A DNA stretch of 64,000 nucleotides from Takakia lepidozioides (taxonomy: Eukaryota; Plantae; Bryophyta). Of the stretch, positions 11,850 to 25,788 are shown in pieces. The translations under genes and the position numbers were made by a program. Numbering within the stretch: position 1 is the stretch's first letter; every line of letters begins with the position of its first letter. The notes beneath the pieces are model-generated. The model was not told where the DNA came from and did no database searches. It saw nothing but the letters and a program-made list of their open reading frames with translations. The stretch is taken from the NCBI GenBank assembly GCA_030704615.1, contig CM060731.1, forward strand, positions 31,310,001-31,374,000, in the 5' to 3' direction.

Positions 11850-12580
11850 TTTTCATTTTGTACCCTACTAACACACACTAAGTTGTAGCGAGTGCGAGTC
11901 TTCCGGCATGTATGCTCACCATTTCTGCCTAAACCCTCATCGGAAACCCTAAACAAAACCCTAAACAAAACCCTACGCCATTGTTACGTCTAAACCCTTA
12001 CCCTTCCCCTGCAAATGGGAATGAAGTATCCATACCATAACCATATGTATCTTAATACCAGGTTCCAAGGACGAATCCTCAATCTAAGTACTTCTCTGGC
12101 CCAATGACTCTTCCATGATATTTGTTTTTCCATTTTTATTTTTATTTTTATCCTACTAACACACACCAAGTTCTAGCGAGTCTTCTATATTTGTTTGTCC
12201 ATTTGTACCGTAAACCCAAACCGAAAACCCTACCTTTACTATCACCCCTAAACCATTAATCTTACCATAAACCAATAACTTTAGTGTACTACCCTAGTTA
12301 CACTCCAAACCTTATTGTACTACCATGTTACATCTTCTCAATGTTTCATGCTCTTTTAATATTTTCTTTTGTTGGATAAGGTATGATAGAATGATTATAG
12401 GGATATCAAATTCCTCAACCATTTCTTAATTCTACCGAGTGTGAGTCCATCATTGTTTGTCCTTTTGTACCCTAAATCCAAACCCTAAACCCTTACCCTT
12501 ACTGTAAACCCAAACCTTATTGTACTTCCCTAGTACCTCTTCCGAATGTTTCATGCTATTCTAATATTTTACTGCCCTTG
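11850..12580. repeat. Degenerate ~280-300 bp tandem repeat (about 3 units) rich in telomere-like AAACCCT motifs
   Basis: CCTACTAACACACAC-AAGTT-TAGCGAG recurs at ~11863 and ~12152. TTGTTTGTCC-TTTGTACC-TAAA and CCAAACCTTATTGTACT each occur twice. There are multiple CCCTAAA/AAACCCTA motifs. Confidence 0.65.
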
Positions 12581-13201
12581 TCACATCCAAAACATGATTA
12601 ATTCCAATGGCGTGGTATGTGAACATTGTGCTTGATATGATGATTCAATCAATAAAATTACTAGCAAGTTGTATCGAGTATAGTAGAGTAGGAGTCTGGC
12701 CCATGTTCAATGCGACCCATTTGTTTATCGTGATCCTGCAATGGAATATTACATTATTCGACTTCCAAGTGGACATTCAATGAATTGTTCAATATTGCTA
12801 CTTCACATTGAGCACTTCAATGTCAAATGGACCTCTTACATGACACATTTTGAAACAAGTATGACATCACCTGTAATTTCACAAAGTTCAATCACACATT
12901 ACACCATGATATTATTAATATTTCAATTAATTTTAATGTAAATATATATTAAGTTTAGTCTGGATATAAGCCAAAAGTCCAGAATTAATTAAAATAGTGT
13001 TTGAGGAGGATTCCTCAAATTAGACCACGTGAACCTTAAGCCAGATTGAGAGTCTGAAAAAATATCCACGAAACCCACTGAGAAGCAAAGCATATCCCAT
13101 GCAATTTGTTCCTCGTCTCACAAGGATTGAGAGGTATGCACCAACCTTGTTTAAAGCTCCATCTTTCTCTTCATAGGTAATTCTTTTCTTTAGCACTTGA
13201 G

Positions 13202-13340
13202 CAGGTAGCCCTGTGGTTGGGTGTTTGTGCCTTGCCTGTGCATGACCTAGATGATCCTGGGTTCAATCCTTCAATATGTGCCTTCAGACCGTCCATTGGG
13301 CCCTCAATGGCATGTGTGTTGAGGAATAGGCTATGTAAAT
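13202..13340 (+). mobile_element. tRNA-derived SINE-like element (family C)
   Basis: A-box-like TAGCCCTGTGG and B-box GGTTCAATCC. The ATCCTGGGTTCAA..CCTTCAG.C.TCCAT segment is shared with 55960-56050 (minus). Confidence 0.5.
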
Positions 13341-13422
13341 TCACTGGACGTTAAAGAATCTTTATCTTTATCTTTATCTTTTCCTTTTCTCCTCGTACAG
13401 CCTAAAGTAAACTTAGCTAAAA

Positions 13423-14337
13423 TCAATATATGAATCGAGACGTTTGTTTTGTTTTGTTTTGTTTTGTTTGTAGCGTCGTTAATGAGATTCTCCCAAACCG
13501 CGGGGCCTGGCCCTTGGTGCCGTTGGAAAGCCCTCGATGAGGAGGGGTGCCCCGGCTTGGTCTCATGATTTTTGGACTTGCGGTGTGGAAGATGTGGAGT
13601 TTCAAGTGCTTCGGGTCGCTGAAAAGTCGTGAAAAATAGCAAATGGGTTTTTTTGGAGCAGTGATTGGCCTCTCACGTGGCATGTTAGGAATTTCAAGTC
13701 CTTTTGGTGGCTGGAAATTCGTGAAAATAGCAAAGTGGATATATCAATATATGAAGCCTCGATAGGGGATATTGCAAAAATAGCAAAGTGGGCTTTGGGA
13801 TTGCACTTGGACTTAGGTGACATTGGACACTGGAGGTCGCACTTGGGCCTCTACATAGGAGACGCACATGGATACATAGGATATTCCACTTAGGCTTAGA
13901 TTTCAATTCTTCACACATGGGCCAATGGCACATGCTACCCTAGATGTCTCAAACACTAGGGTCTTTGGATACATAGGGGATTGCATAGGGGATTGCACTT
14001 GGACTTAGATGACATTGGACATTGGAGGTCGCACTTGGGCCTCTACATGGGAGAAGCACTTGGATACATAGGAGATTGCACTTGGGCTTAGATTTCAATT
14101 CTTCACACGTGGGCCTTGACATAGGTGACGCACTTCAATACATAGGGGATTGCACTGGACTTAAATGACACTGGACACTTGGGCCAACTGCAAAGGCTAC
14201 CCTAGAGGTCGTACTTCTTCGATATATTATTCTTCACACATGGGCCTCAACACAAGAGACGCTCTCCAATACATATGGGATTGCACTTGGACTTAGATGA
14301 CACTAGACACTTGGGCCAAGGGCACAGGCTACCCTAT
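13423..14337 (+). mobile_element. Non-autonomous Helitron-like element with internal tandem repeats
   Basis: Starts A|TCAATATATGAA followed by (GTTTT)n. Ends GGGCCAAGGGCACAGGCTACCCTAT|T (hairpin-like + CTAG-like). Tandem GGGATTGCACTTGGACTTAG repeats at 13797-14310. No TIR or TSD. Confidence 0.55.
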
Positions 14338-14359
14338 TACTGTTATATGTACCCGTGAC

Positions 14360-17260
14360 CCAAACATTTGATAACAATTTGTCACTCTTAATCAATTTCT
14401 TGCTACTACACTATAATTGCGGTCACCAGTTTAATTGATGATACATATTTTTTAACTGAAAAAAGGGAAATTACCTAGGAGCGACCTCTCACAAATTAGC
14501 ATGTGGCCCACCTGCCTATGATTGCATGCCATGTAAAAATGGCTATTGCATGTAAAGCCATTTGCCCTGCGCCAATGAGGCCAAGCTTTTAGAATGGCAT
14601 AAAGCTTGTAGAATGTGGTGTGAGCTGCAGGGTGTGAGCTGGCTTGATAGTTATTATGAGAGAGTTAGCTAGAGAGGCGCGGCTGTAGGGAAGAGAGCTC
14701 AAGAGGTAAGGAGAGGCACAGCTATGCCACCAAGAGGAGGGTGTGAAGGCCTCACAACCCCTATATAGATTTATACAGGGCGTCCTTTTTTTGCTCCAAA
14801 TTGCTTCCTCCATGAATTTGGGTCTACTTGATTTAGGCGTTCCATGGCTATGGACTGAAATGTTTAAGGTTCAAAAGGTTGACAGGACCTTGTGCCTTTT
14901 TCCATGACATTTTTTTGTACATGTCGATTGTCAATGTTGCATTCTTGCCAATGATTAAGTCAACGTACTTGAACAAGTTTTCACGTAGATAGAAAGATTG
15001 CCCAAATGAGTCTCAATGGTGAGGCCCTCAGAGTACTGAGATGCAAAGCAATAGCTTGAAGTTGAAAAAATGGTTTGTTTTGACACTTTTCACAGATAGA
15101 CAGAGAGTAGCAAACAATTTTCTAGTATAAATCCATGCCACACATGTTTAGATGAACTTCATGAATACAACGTCAGTTACTGCAGTTGAGTTGCTACTTT
15201 GATTACCGTTTTCTTCCAGATGCAAATCAATCAACTTATTTACCCCTCTCTCACAAACGAATCTTTTCACAAATGAATAAAAGCAATGATAGAGCTGCAA
15301 TCCCTCATAATGTCAATTCCATACCAGAGGTCTAACAGTAGTCACAAGCCTCATCATGACATCACCATATACAAGCAAACCCAAGACCTTGAACCTTCAT
15401 TGACATGCGAGAAAATCCAGTCCATGCAAAACACACTCAATAGAACTGTTACCCTGGACTAATGTATGTCATTATCGTGAATCTGACAATTTTTAGCTCT
15501 TCAGCGATAGGCCTCCATTACACTGGAAGGTCAAGCAAAGCAAATCAACCTATGCAAGACACCACGTGGACAAACCATATAACGCACAAAACCATCATGC
15601 CATACACACGGGACAAAAAATCTCTTCAATCACACTGGAAATGTAGCAAAAGCATGAACACTAGCCCGTGCTGCTGGCATACTCACTGTTTATTAGAGGT
15701 CTGTGATTCCTAAAGAAGATTCCGCTTCATCAACTCTACATGCACATTTCATGCCCTCAGTTCACTAGCCTCGTTCTAAAGCCATAGACAATGTTCCCAC
15801 ATTACCACCCACAAGAGCATGCCTGCCATCTGGACCACTCCGCATCTCCCACCCAACCAGCCACAACAGAGAGACAAACCTCGCAAGTTCCCCAACCCAA
15901 CCCTGATCCAAAACCCCTCCCCACAGCCCCTCCATTCCCATACCACAAACCATGTGCAATGAGGTGATATTATTGGCTAGGTCAAAATCCGTCATTCAAT
16001 CTTAAGACGAGACTCTCTAATTTGCAAATAGATTTAGTACTACCACCAGTGTTTGCATGTAATTGTTAAGCTCAAATGATAGGAATCTCCACCACTATGA
16101 GAGGCTCTCAAGAAGCAACTTAATATCAGAAGGGCATCATAATTCTTGGTTGGAAGCTGGTAACTCTAGAGAGGAAGAACATGTGATTTGAAGCCTACCT
16201 CTGTAACTAAGAGATCACTTTTGGGCCCTCTGGCATTCTGCATGCCTGTTCAAATGAATGTCTTCATCACTCAGGTATGTAAACACCTCCTGTCTCCATT
16301 CAAAGCCAGATAAGTAGAAGAGTGTCAGTGTCATTACGAAATCCATTACTGGCCAAAAATATTGTCCCCAAAGGACCCCAATAAGGCCAGTAAGCCCCAT
16401 AAAGTGTAAAGATATGGCCAGGCGCCTCTGTGCCCTTGAAATTGGACCTGATATGCACACCAGCTAAACAACCTGGCCTAAGTCCTTAAAAAGCACAACA
16501 AAACAACTCGATAGTTGCATGTCTCGCCTCTACACTGCAACAGGATTACAGCAGCAAAAATCCAGAGGCAAAAATATTTAGAGGTCCTGTCAGCAAGATG
16601 TGGTGAGTGTCAATGTTAGGTGTGGATAGGTGCCTTTGCATTTTACCTCTAAGCTTTTCACAAAGATAGCCTCGAAAATGTAGTAATGCAAGCCCCTCCA
16701 ACAGCTCTCACTTGTTCAAATCTCTTCATTCCTGACGTCGACAATTGACTGGAAACCTGGGCCAACATGATGAATCTCTCATCAGTCTATGCGATGCCAC
16801 CAGAAATTTTCCGGCTTCTGCGACCTGAAGCAAGAAATTCGTCATAACAATAAATGGGAATTTCAGATAAAAAGCTGTCATTGCCACTACTGACCAGAGC
16901 AGACTTTGAACCCCAAAGCATCGCCACATCCTTAAGGTGAGGAGCCAGCGTTGATAAAATATCTGGGTTGTCAACTACGAGTGCCAACACTGCCTTCCAC
17001 AAAAGCTCTATCGGCAGCCTTCTGTGACACATCCTTCATGTCATAGTTCTTCGTTGAAAACTGTTAATTAGTAGCTCAACTGGACGCAGATGTGATTTGA
17101 CGTTACCTCATTTATGGGCCCTGTTGCGGCGAAAGCAGTGGTGGAGAAAATCTGGAAGGCAAAATCGAGGAGATGGGGCAGACAAGGAAGATGGTGAGGA
17201 CAGCTCCTGCTGCGATGATAGTGATCAAAACAAAGACGAAGACAGTGACGAAGGTGGTGA
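14360..17260 (+). repeat. Dispersed duplication, copy 1 (~2.9 kb)
   Basis: Colinear with 31270-33888 from TTGATAAC-ATTTGTCACT through GACAGTGACGAAGGTGGTGA. Copy 2 lacks ~14810-15015. Confidence 0.95.
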
Positions 17261-18509
17261 TTCACCAACAAAATAAATCAAGAATCTAAATTTTCCTATA
17301 TTGTGTTGAGGAAAACTGGATGACATCCTCGTTGACTAGGTGTCACTTGAATCAAAGAACTTACCTCTAATAACACTACCTTATATGAGCTATGAACGTT
17401 TGTAACAAGACTGTCATCCAAATTTAACCACATCCATTGGTCCTACTAGGGCTGGAGGATGAAATACCCCATGTATATCTCTCATGGATGTGGCCTCAAC
17501 TTAGAGCAATGTACAAGTGTTAGTATTTATGTACGGAAGCCCAAAAAGGCCATACTCGTATACTACCCCGAAATATGGAATATTCTTGAGCCCGGGCTTA
17601 AGAAAAGCCGGGGACAAGATTCTCTTGCCTGTGGTGTTGGTTGAAGAACATGACGCATGTCTAATGTACCCTAAGTAACCCTAGTTGACCAAGGGTCTAA
17701 GTATATACCATGTATTTAACTTGTATGTCTTTAAAATACAAATAACTCATATGTACCTAGTAGTTGTACCTCATAGCAGGAGCACGATGGCTGGAGCTTG
17801 GAGTGCCCGAGCTTTCTCCAGTCAGGTTTTGTGGAGAGTCAGAGTAAGATTTTGGTTTTCTCCATCTATTGACAATGTTAGTATTCAACACAGGTGACTC
17901 CAAAGACTGTTGCTGATTCGGGAGGTTGGGCATGTATGTCAACTGAAGGCATCATTGAGGTGATTTGCAATTAAAATCCAGTACCTTGCTCTTGACCAGC
18001 TTTTTATCTGGAGATGTTTCTATCCATCATCACTAGCATGCACGCTTTCTCAATAAGATAAGGTCCTTGCAGACGAGATGGAGATGACATAGTGTGGACT
18101 AAGGATCCCATGTTTTCCATCCTACCCTTGAGATTCTGGTAATTCGCCAATTGGTACTCCTACGGATGGCAAACCTAGTGGTAAGCCAAGCCCTTAGGTG
18201 TATGCAAGAGTGCCACGTCAGTCAGATCTGGCTTTGTGTGCAGTGATGTGAACAAAGGATATGGCACGATTAGGCATTAATGGGTCAGGTTCTTTGCATG
18301 CAGGCTTTTGATCGCCTTGTGTAAAATGAGGATGCATTGAAAAGCTGAACCCAGACCACCACAAACAATTCGCATGAAAAAGGTTGGGCACCTTGAAAAC
18401 TCCTATGGGCCTTTGGGTGCCAGGTGGGGGGGGGGGGGGGGTTGTCTTAAAATTCCGCTCATTGATGTATATCATTGATAACAGGAAGCAATCTTTTTGT
18501 CTTTCTAAG

Positions 18510-19410
18510 GGACCAGAAACTACCTTGGTAAGGGGCTCACTCCGGTAGTATGATACAAACAATTAGTTCGGGCTTTCCAGATATCGTCTAGGAAGCCCTT
18601 CAAACAAGCATCAATCTGCTGTGTGTGAGCAGCCCAAGAGTTAGACTCCGACAGGGCCAGGGCTTTAGGCTCAGCCTCAAGATTTTGGAAGTTGGCAAAC
18701 AGACGTGCCAAGACATAGTCCTGAAGAGGGTCACTCTGTGGTGAGAATATCCCGGACACTATCAGAAAATGGATATTGTCTTCAGGTTGTCCACACATCG
18801 GGTGATTACAACATTCTCTTCCTCTCTGCATCTGTTTATTGTTCAAGGGTAGGGTCCCGCCCTCAGTTAAAATTTCAGTCCAGTGCCAAGGGTAGGTATG
18901 CCCTTGAGATCATCCTTAAGGTCCGCCCATGTCACAGACTGGAAACAAGTTCAGGGAAGTTTTATGCCTAACTTCATTTTCATCGGACAGTCTTTGGGCA
19001 TCAGACATGGCTTTGGACACACCCCCCTCCAGGTCAGCTTCATCTAGTAGGGTCAATTCATCAGGACTGATATTCAGATACTTGAAAATCTCATCCATCT
19101 TTTCCCGCCAAGACTTGGCCTGTTTAACAGGACTGTCTTGCTTCCAATAAATAGATTCAATTACCTTAGGGTTTCTGGTATTAGGCATGCGATTCAACCG
19201 ACCCCACCATCTGACCTTGAATTCATCACATCGAGAGCTTAAGAGAGGTACGCCAGATGCACCCCGAACAGCCACATTAGCTGTTCTAGAACAAGCCGAC
19301 ATGCTTTCTTTGAGCACTGCGGCCTGAATGGATTCTAGGGATTTAGTATAGACGGAGTTGTCAACCCACACAGCAGATGCATGCTCCAAGGCCGACCTTA
19401 TAACATTACA
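18510..19410 (-). mobile_element. 5'-truncated RTEX-like LINE fragment
   Basis: Reads ALEHASAVW..LESIQ..ACSRTANVAVRG..KVRWWGRL and a degenerate zinc finger (PMCGQPEDNIHFLI). Same family as 44992-47208. Confidence 0.85.
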
Positions 19411-19470
19411 AAAATCAGCACAGGGTGAGTGTTGAGAGGCCCAGTCTCAAGCCTGTCGAAGATTAGCGAA

Positions 19471-19575
19471 TGTACTCATCAGACGTTGCTTGCCTACGCC
19501 TTGTGGCCATAGACTCCATGCCCAGTTTGCGCGAAACAAAAGGGAACAGGCACTACCTTTGTGAGGGGGTCACTA
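19471..19575 (-). mobile_element. ~100 bp 3'-end copy of the RTEX-like LINE
   Basis: TGTACTCAT...GCCTTGTGGCCAT...CCCAGTTTG matches the LINE 3' ends at 44775 and 44992. Confidence 0.8.
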
Positions 19576-19687
19576 GAGAGAGGGGAAAAGAGGAGTGAAG
19601 AACTGCACCAATGGTGTAAAATTTTCCTTGAAGTATAGCCCAGCTTGAAAACTATCCAGAGTTGGCTAAAAAAACCTATGAAAGTAC

Positions 19688-19755
19688 CTTCAAAGCAAAT
19701 ATTTTCGCCGTCACGATCACAGTCCAGCCATAGCACCAAATAGTCACATCCACCA
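19688..19755 (-). pseudogene. TOP3B: Single exon of DNA topoisomerase 3-beta (TOPRIM domain)
   Basis: [22 protein letters not shown] followed by a GT donor, matching the TOP3B motif [22 protein letters not shown]. No other TOP3B exons seen. Confidence 0.85.
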
Positions 19756-20234
19756 AATAGCATCAATATCTACCTATCTATCTGGAAATTCCTTATTTGA
19801 CAAGTGACTTCATGGCCTGCAGTGACTCTTCTATTTTGAAACAAGAAAAGCTGATGGTACAATAAAAATGATACAAATCCAGTGGCAGGAAACCAAATCT
19901 TTCTATCTTTCAGGAAGCAATCAACTGGATAAGGCCAACTGGCAGAAGAATTGAGTGTGGGAGAAAGGGTTGATAAGCCAAAAAACCACCAAAAATTGCA
20001 TAGATTATTCAAGCATGGACAGACTGTGGTCGGAGCTGTGAAAGAAAACGCTGGCCCACAGATTCATGTAGATGAGTATAAACAGTAAATGCACTGATGT
20101 AAATGTATGATCTTGCCTGTTTCAAATCCTAACAATTCCACCTCCCATTGCACCGAAGCCCTTTCTGGAACAACTTCTGGCCTGCACCCAATCAATTTGT
20201 TTCCAGTTACAATCATGGAGCAAAAGATAGCACG

Positions 20235-20889
20235 TGTCACGGATATAGCCCAGAGGGAACTTACCAGGAGTAAATACCAGAAGTTACCAAGTTACTATGT
20301 TACCGGAAGTTATCATGACTTACCATAATTTACCATGATCTACCATGATTTACCATTACTTACCAAGTTACCGGGAGTTTATCAAATTATCAAGAGTAAC
20401 TTGGGAAACTGCTCAGGAAGCTTCCTTTGGAGGAAACTTCTCCATCAAGATACCTCTTTTCTTTAAGAAAGCTTCTCCATCAATAAACCTTTGTTTAATC
20501 TTGGAAACTTCTCTAGCAAGAAACCTCCATAAGGGAAGCTTCTTAGGGAAGTTTCTTAGTAGCCAGTATATATAGGAGGCGAGACTGGACACTCTTCAGT
20601 CTCGCCAACACCAGTTCAAGCTACTATTGTTTCTTGTTTCCAGTTCCCAGTACTCTAGCCCAGTTTCCAGTATCTGGTACTCCAGTCCAGTTTCCAGCAG
20701 TCCAGTTTCCAGCATTCCAGTATTCAAGTCATGTTCCAATATCTTGTACTCTTGTTCATTGTTATAAAAATCGTCTTGATTCCTATTTACTCATCGTGTA
20801 TACGGCCACACCGACCTTGACTTCTTGTCTAGTCTTGTACCTCTAGTCTGATCTCTTGTTTGTGTTCAGTCATATTCTCGTCTTTGACA
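20235..20889 (+). repeat. 5' LTR (655 bp)
   Basis: TGTCACGGA...TTGACA, with TATA box at 20567-20574. Confidence 0.95.
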
Positions 20890-22897
20890 GTTTGGTGAGA
20901 TTAAAGTTTGTTCATTAGTTAGTTAAGATGGAAGGCACATTTGCGGAAATGGTCGCCACATTGCAGAGTCTTCAGCTCCAGATGCAAGAACTTCGTGCCT
21001 CTATTGCCCAACTACAAGCTGATCAGTCTCAAGATCTTGGCAACGCTCTCAACAATTTGCAACAACAAATTTCAGAGTTGAAGGAGTCAAACAATGGATC
21101 TTCAACCTTACGAGTCTCTACTACAAAAAATCCTACTGCAATGGTTCCTCCAAATCTTCAACAGATTACAAAGGAATCAAAGGTCAGCATGCCCAAAAAA
21201 TTTGATGGGACGAGATCATGATTTCGCGGTTTTGGTCAACAAGTACGATTGTTCCTACGACTACATCTACAACGCTACCCTGATTAAGGTATTTAAGTGG
21301 GATTTGTGGCACCCTTAGGCATTGTCCTATCTTGGTTTGCACCGCTATTAGAGAAAAATTCGCATTTACTATACAATTTTGAAGCGTTCATGTCCGAGTT
21401 CACTGCAACGTTTGGAGAGAATGATAGAGAGAGAGTTACAGAGACAAAGATGCGAAATCTTCGACAAGGAGCACGTCCAGCTTCCGTTTATGTTGCCGAA
21501 TTTTGACAACGTGCGACCTCGACTGGAATGAGAAGAGTCATATTAGTCAGTTTCGATGTGGCCTAAAAGATGATGTAAAAGATTTGTTGCTGACAATGCC
21601 AAATGTGAGTACACTGAGCGAATCCATCACCCAAGTCATTGCATGCGATAATCGTTTGTTCGAAAGACGTCAAGAGAAGCGATCTGGATGGTCGACGATG
21701 CACCATGCCGCTGCTACTACGGCACCAAACACAACGATCCATCAGACATCCGGTAATGATCATATGCAGATTGATGCTGTCCGATTCAAGCCATTGTTCC
21801 CACAAGAAAATTAAAGACGACGCTCAAATGGATTATGTCTTTATTGCGGAGAAGATGATCACATAGCATTAAACTGCCCCAACAAGAGAAGATTCAAAGC
21901 TCGTGGCACAACTCAAGTGTTCGATACGAGGAGGTCGGAAAACGAAGATGTCCAGTCACAGTAGGGACCATGCGGCTGGACACCCAAAATTCCTCACCAA
22001 AAAAAGGTTTTTTTCTACCTCCAGACCCTGTACCTTGTTTCACAGTTCCATTAAAGATCAGGATGCAAAATCGAGATATTTCCGTAGAAGCACTTTTGTA
22101 CTTGGGCGCTTCAGCGTGTTTTATTGACAAAGACTTTGCGAAGCAACACAATTTAATTCTCGTAAGAAAGAAATTATCGGCCCTTGTTGAAGTCATCGAT
22201 GGACGACCGTTAGCATCAGGAAATATTGACCATGAAACTCGACCCCTTGAAGTGAAGCTTAAAAATCAAGCATCACAGATTATTTTCAATGTCATCCAGT
22301 CTCCAACAAATCATGTGATCCTTGGACTTCTCTGGTTTGTACTTCATAATCCTGACAACGACTGACGATCACGAAAAATTTCGGCAAGACAAAAATGCAA
22401 AAGTACCAAAGGTGTTCAACCCCTGTTTCTTGGAGCTAGAGTCTTCATGAGAACTACGAAGAAAGACGCGACATTTGCACTTTATGCGACTCCGATCTAA
22501 ACCACAACAGAGGGTACTTTGGTATGTATTGAGGGTACCCACTCAATATCAAGGATGTCTTCGAGAAGAAAAATGCTGACATGCTGCCAGATCTTCGACC
22601 TTATGATTGTGCAATTGAGTTCCAAGAAGGAGCTCAACCACCATTTGGCCCGATCTGGCTGCTTTACGCGAATACATTGATGAAAATTTGTCAAAGAATT
22701 TCATTCGACATTCGAAATCATCTGCGGGAGCATCTATCTTATTTGTGAAGAAGAAGGACGGATCATTACGCATGTGTGTGGACTATCGTGGGCTCAACAA
22801 AGTCACTATAAAAAATCGTTACCCACTACCGCTGATTTTCGGACTCCTCGAACAACTTGGACGAGCAAATTTTTTCACAAAGATCGATTTGAGATGA

Positions 22898-23011
<114 letters not shown>

Positions 23012-25788
23012 TGACTTTGTAGTCATCTATTTGGATGACATTTTGATATTTTCACAGAATGAAGAAGAACATGGTCGCCATGTACGCCTTGTCCTTGATA
23101 AATTGAGGGAAAAATGACTATATGCCAAATTGGAAAAATGTCTTTTCCACCAATCTGAAGTCGAATTTTTAGGCTACATTATTTCCGACAAATGAGTCTT
23201 TATGGATCAGAAGAAAATACAAACCATCAACGAGTGGAATAAACCAACTTCGGTCCGAGATGTACAATGTTTTCTAGGATTTGCGAATTTATATAGAATA
23301 TTCATCAAGGATTACTCCAAAATTGCTGCACCATAGACACGACTCACAGGGAATGACAAATTTGTATGGGACGAGAAGGCTGACCAAGCATTTGAAAGGC
23401 TAAAGCAGACATTTACAACGGCTCCAATACTGGTACATGCCCTGTTGTTTTTTGTTCTCGCAAATTTTCCGCTGCGGAGATCAATTATGAAATCCATGAC
23501 AAAGAACTTATAACGATTATTGATGTTTTTGAGGAGTGACGTCATCTATTGGAGTGAGCTAAACATCAGGTCACAGTCTATACCGATCACAAAAACCTCG
23601 AGTATTTTATGAGTGCTCGTGTTTTGAATCGACGTCAAGCGAGATAGAGTATGTCACTAGCAAGGTTTGATTTTGTTATTACCTACCGTCCCAGACATCT
23701 TCAAGGAAAACCAGATGCTCTTTCTCGACGATTGTATCTTGTGCCAAAAGAAGGGGATGAAGCTTTTGACCAATAGAAATCCATCATCTTGAAACCAGCA
23801 AATCTCCAAGTGAATATTCTATCCATGTCCACTTATGACGATGTAGAGATCATAAAGGAGATTCAGGAAGCACTGAAGAGCGACCAATTTGCTACGACAC
23901 TGCGAAGTCAACTAAATCGACCTTGAGACAACCCACATGTTACAAACGACTTCGAATTCAAAGATGACTTATTTTATTTCAATGGACTTCTCTATGTACC
24001 TCCAATACCTACACGACTTCGAATTTTCAAACATGTCATGATCTTCCGGCTGCAGGACATTTCAGTTTCAACAAAACGATGGAATTGATATCCAGGGACT
24101 ACTGGTGACCACAGATGTGGAAACTCGTGAAAGAATTTATAAAATCTTGCGACACGTGTGCTAGAGCGAATGGACCACGATATCGACCTTACGGCCTTCT
24201 TCAACCATTATCCATTCCCAAGTGTCCATGGTCGTCTGTGTCTATGGACTTTATTACGGACCTTCCAATTTCCAAGACCACCGATTCAATCCTTGTTATT
24301 GTAGATCGTTTTACGAAGATGACACTTTTCATTCCATGTAATAAGACGGTTACCAACGAAGAAACTGCAAGACTCTTCCTCAATAATATCTACCGCATTC
24401 ATGGACTTCCGAAGGACATCGTATTTGATCGATGACCACAGTCCATATCAAATTTCTGGAGATGATTATTTCATATATTGGATACTAAGATCAACCTCTC
24501 TACAGCTAATCATCCACAGACTGATGGTCAAACCGAACGTGTAAACCAGATTTTGGAGCAGTATCTTCGTTGTACGATAAATTATCACCAAGATAATTGG
24601 ACGGACCTTCTGTCATTAGCTGAGTTTGCCTACAACAACACTATACATTCTTTGACTAAGCAAACTCCATTTTTCTCTAATTATGGTCATCATCCTCGAG
24701 CAAACCCTTTCCACATGAAGATTGTTGGAAGCCCTGCTGTAGAAAACCTTGCTACTCATCTCGCTACGATTCACATGGAGCTTACATTCCACCTCGCGGA
24801 AGCTCAAAAACAATACAAGGAGTACGAAGATCAACATTGTCAACTCCAACCCCAGTTCAAGGTCGGAGATCGTGTGTGGCTTCTTCGACGGGACATACAA
24901 ACCTCGCGACCATCAAGGAAGTTGGATATCAACGCCTAAGACCATTCAAAATTATTTGACAAATAAATCCGGTCAGTTTTCGGCTTGAACTCCCACGAAG
25001 TATGTGCATCCACCCAGTCTTTTATGTTTTATTATTGGAGTTGTATCATCCATCGAATATTCCAGGGAGAGTCTCTGTACCACCCCCACCAATCGAAGTC
25101 AATCAGGAAATTGAGTATAAAGTCGACGAAGTCCTAGACTCTCGCATCAAGTATAAACGTCTTGAGTATTTCATACATTGGAAAGGCTACGACATCAGCG
25201 AACGAACCTAAGAACCTTCATTCAACCTCGCCAATGCATCTGACAAAGTCCAAGAGTTTCATCAACGATATCCAGCTAAGCCCCGAGCTACACGTCAATA
25301 AGACGTCACAACGATGATGTCAGCCAAGTTAGCTTCAAGGTGAAGACTCCACATTCAATGTACCTGATACACGCTAAGGAGGGAGGAGCACCACACATCA
25401 GTATATATAGCTACACTTTCAGCACTTCCAACACTCTTGCATCTTGTATTGGCAGTATAGAGTCACATGAACCAGATACATTGGAATTGTCGCTTACCTA
25501 GCTACCAGATCAGCCGTTCCGACTCTCACTACCTTCAACATCACGCAATCGTCTGATAATTCTGTTGGAGGTTGAGGCTTCGGACCCAGAGAGCAACGAA
25601 ATCATATTTGAAGGCAGCTTCGAAAATCAGAATGCTCAAATCACTACGTGGTCCCAAGTTCAAGTCAAGAACGAAGAGCCGAATACTTGGCAAGTACCAT
25701 TCGTCGGATTTTGGATTTTCTCCAACTCTAAAAGCAAGTCCAAGATTTTACCGCTCCTCGAGGAACTCGGCACTAGAGGAGGGGGTGA

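Noticed and set aside
11930-12510. True interstitial telomere array
   Set aside because: CCCTAAA motifs are scattered within larger repeat units, not in continuous heptamer runs.
13797-14310. CRISPR-like array
   Set aside because: Eukaryotic context, degenerate repeats without unique spacers and no cas genes. The same applies to 29285-29660.
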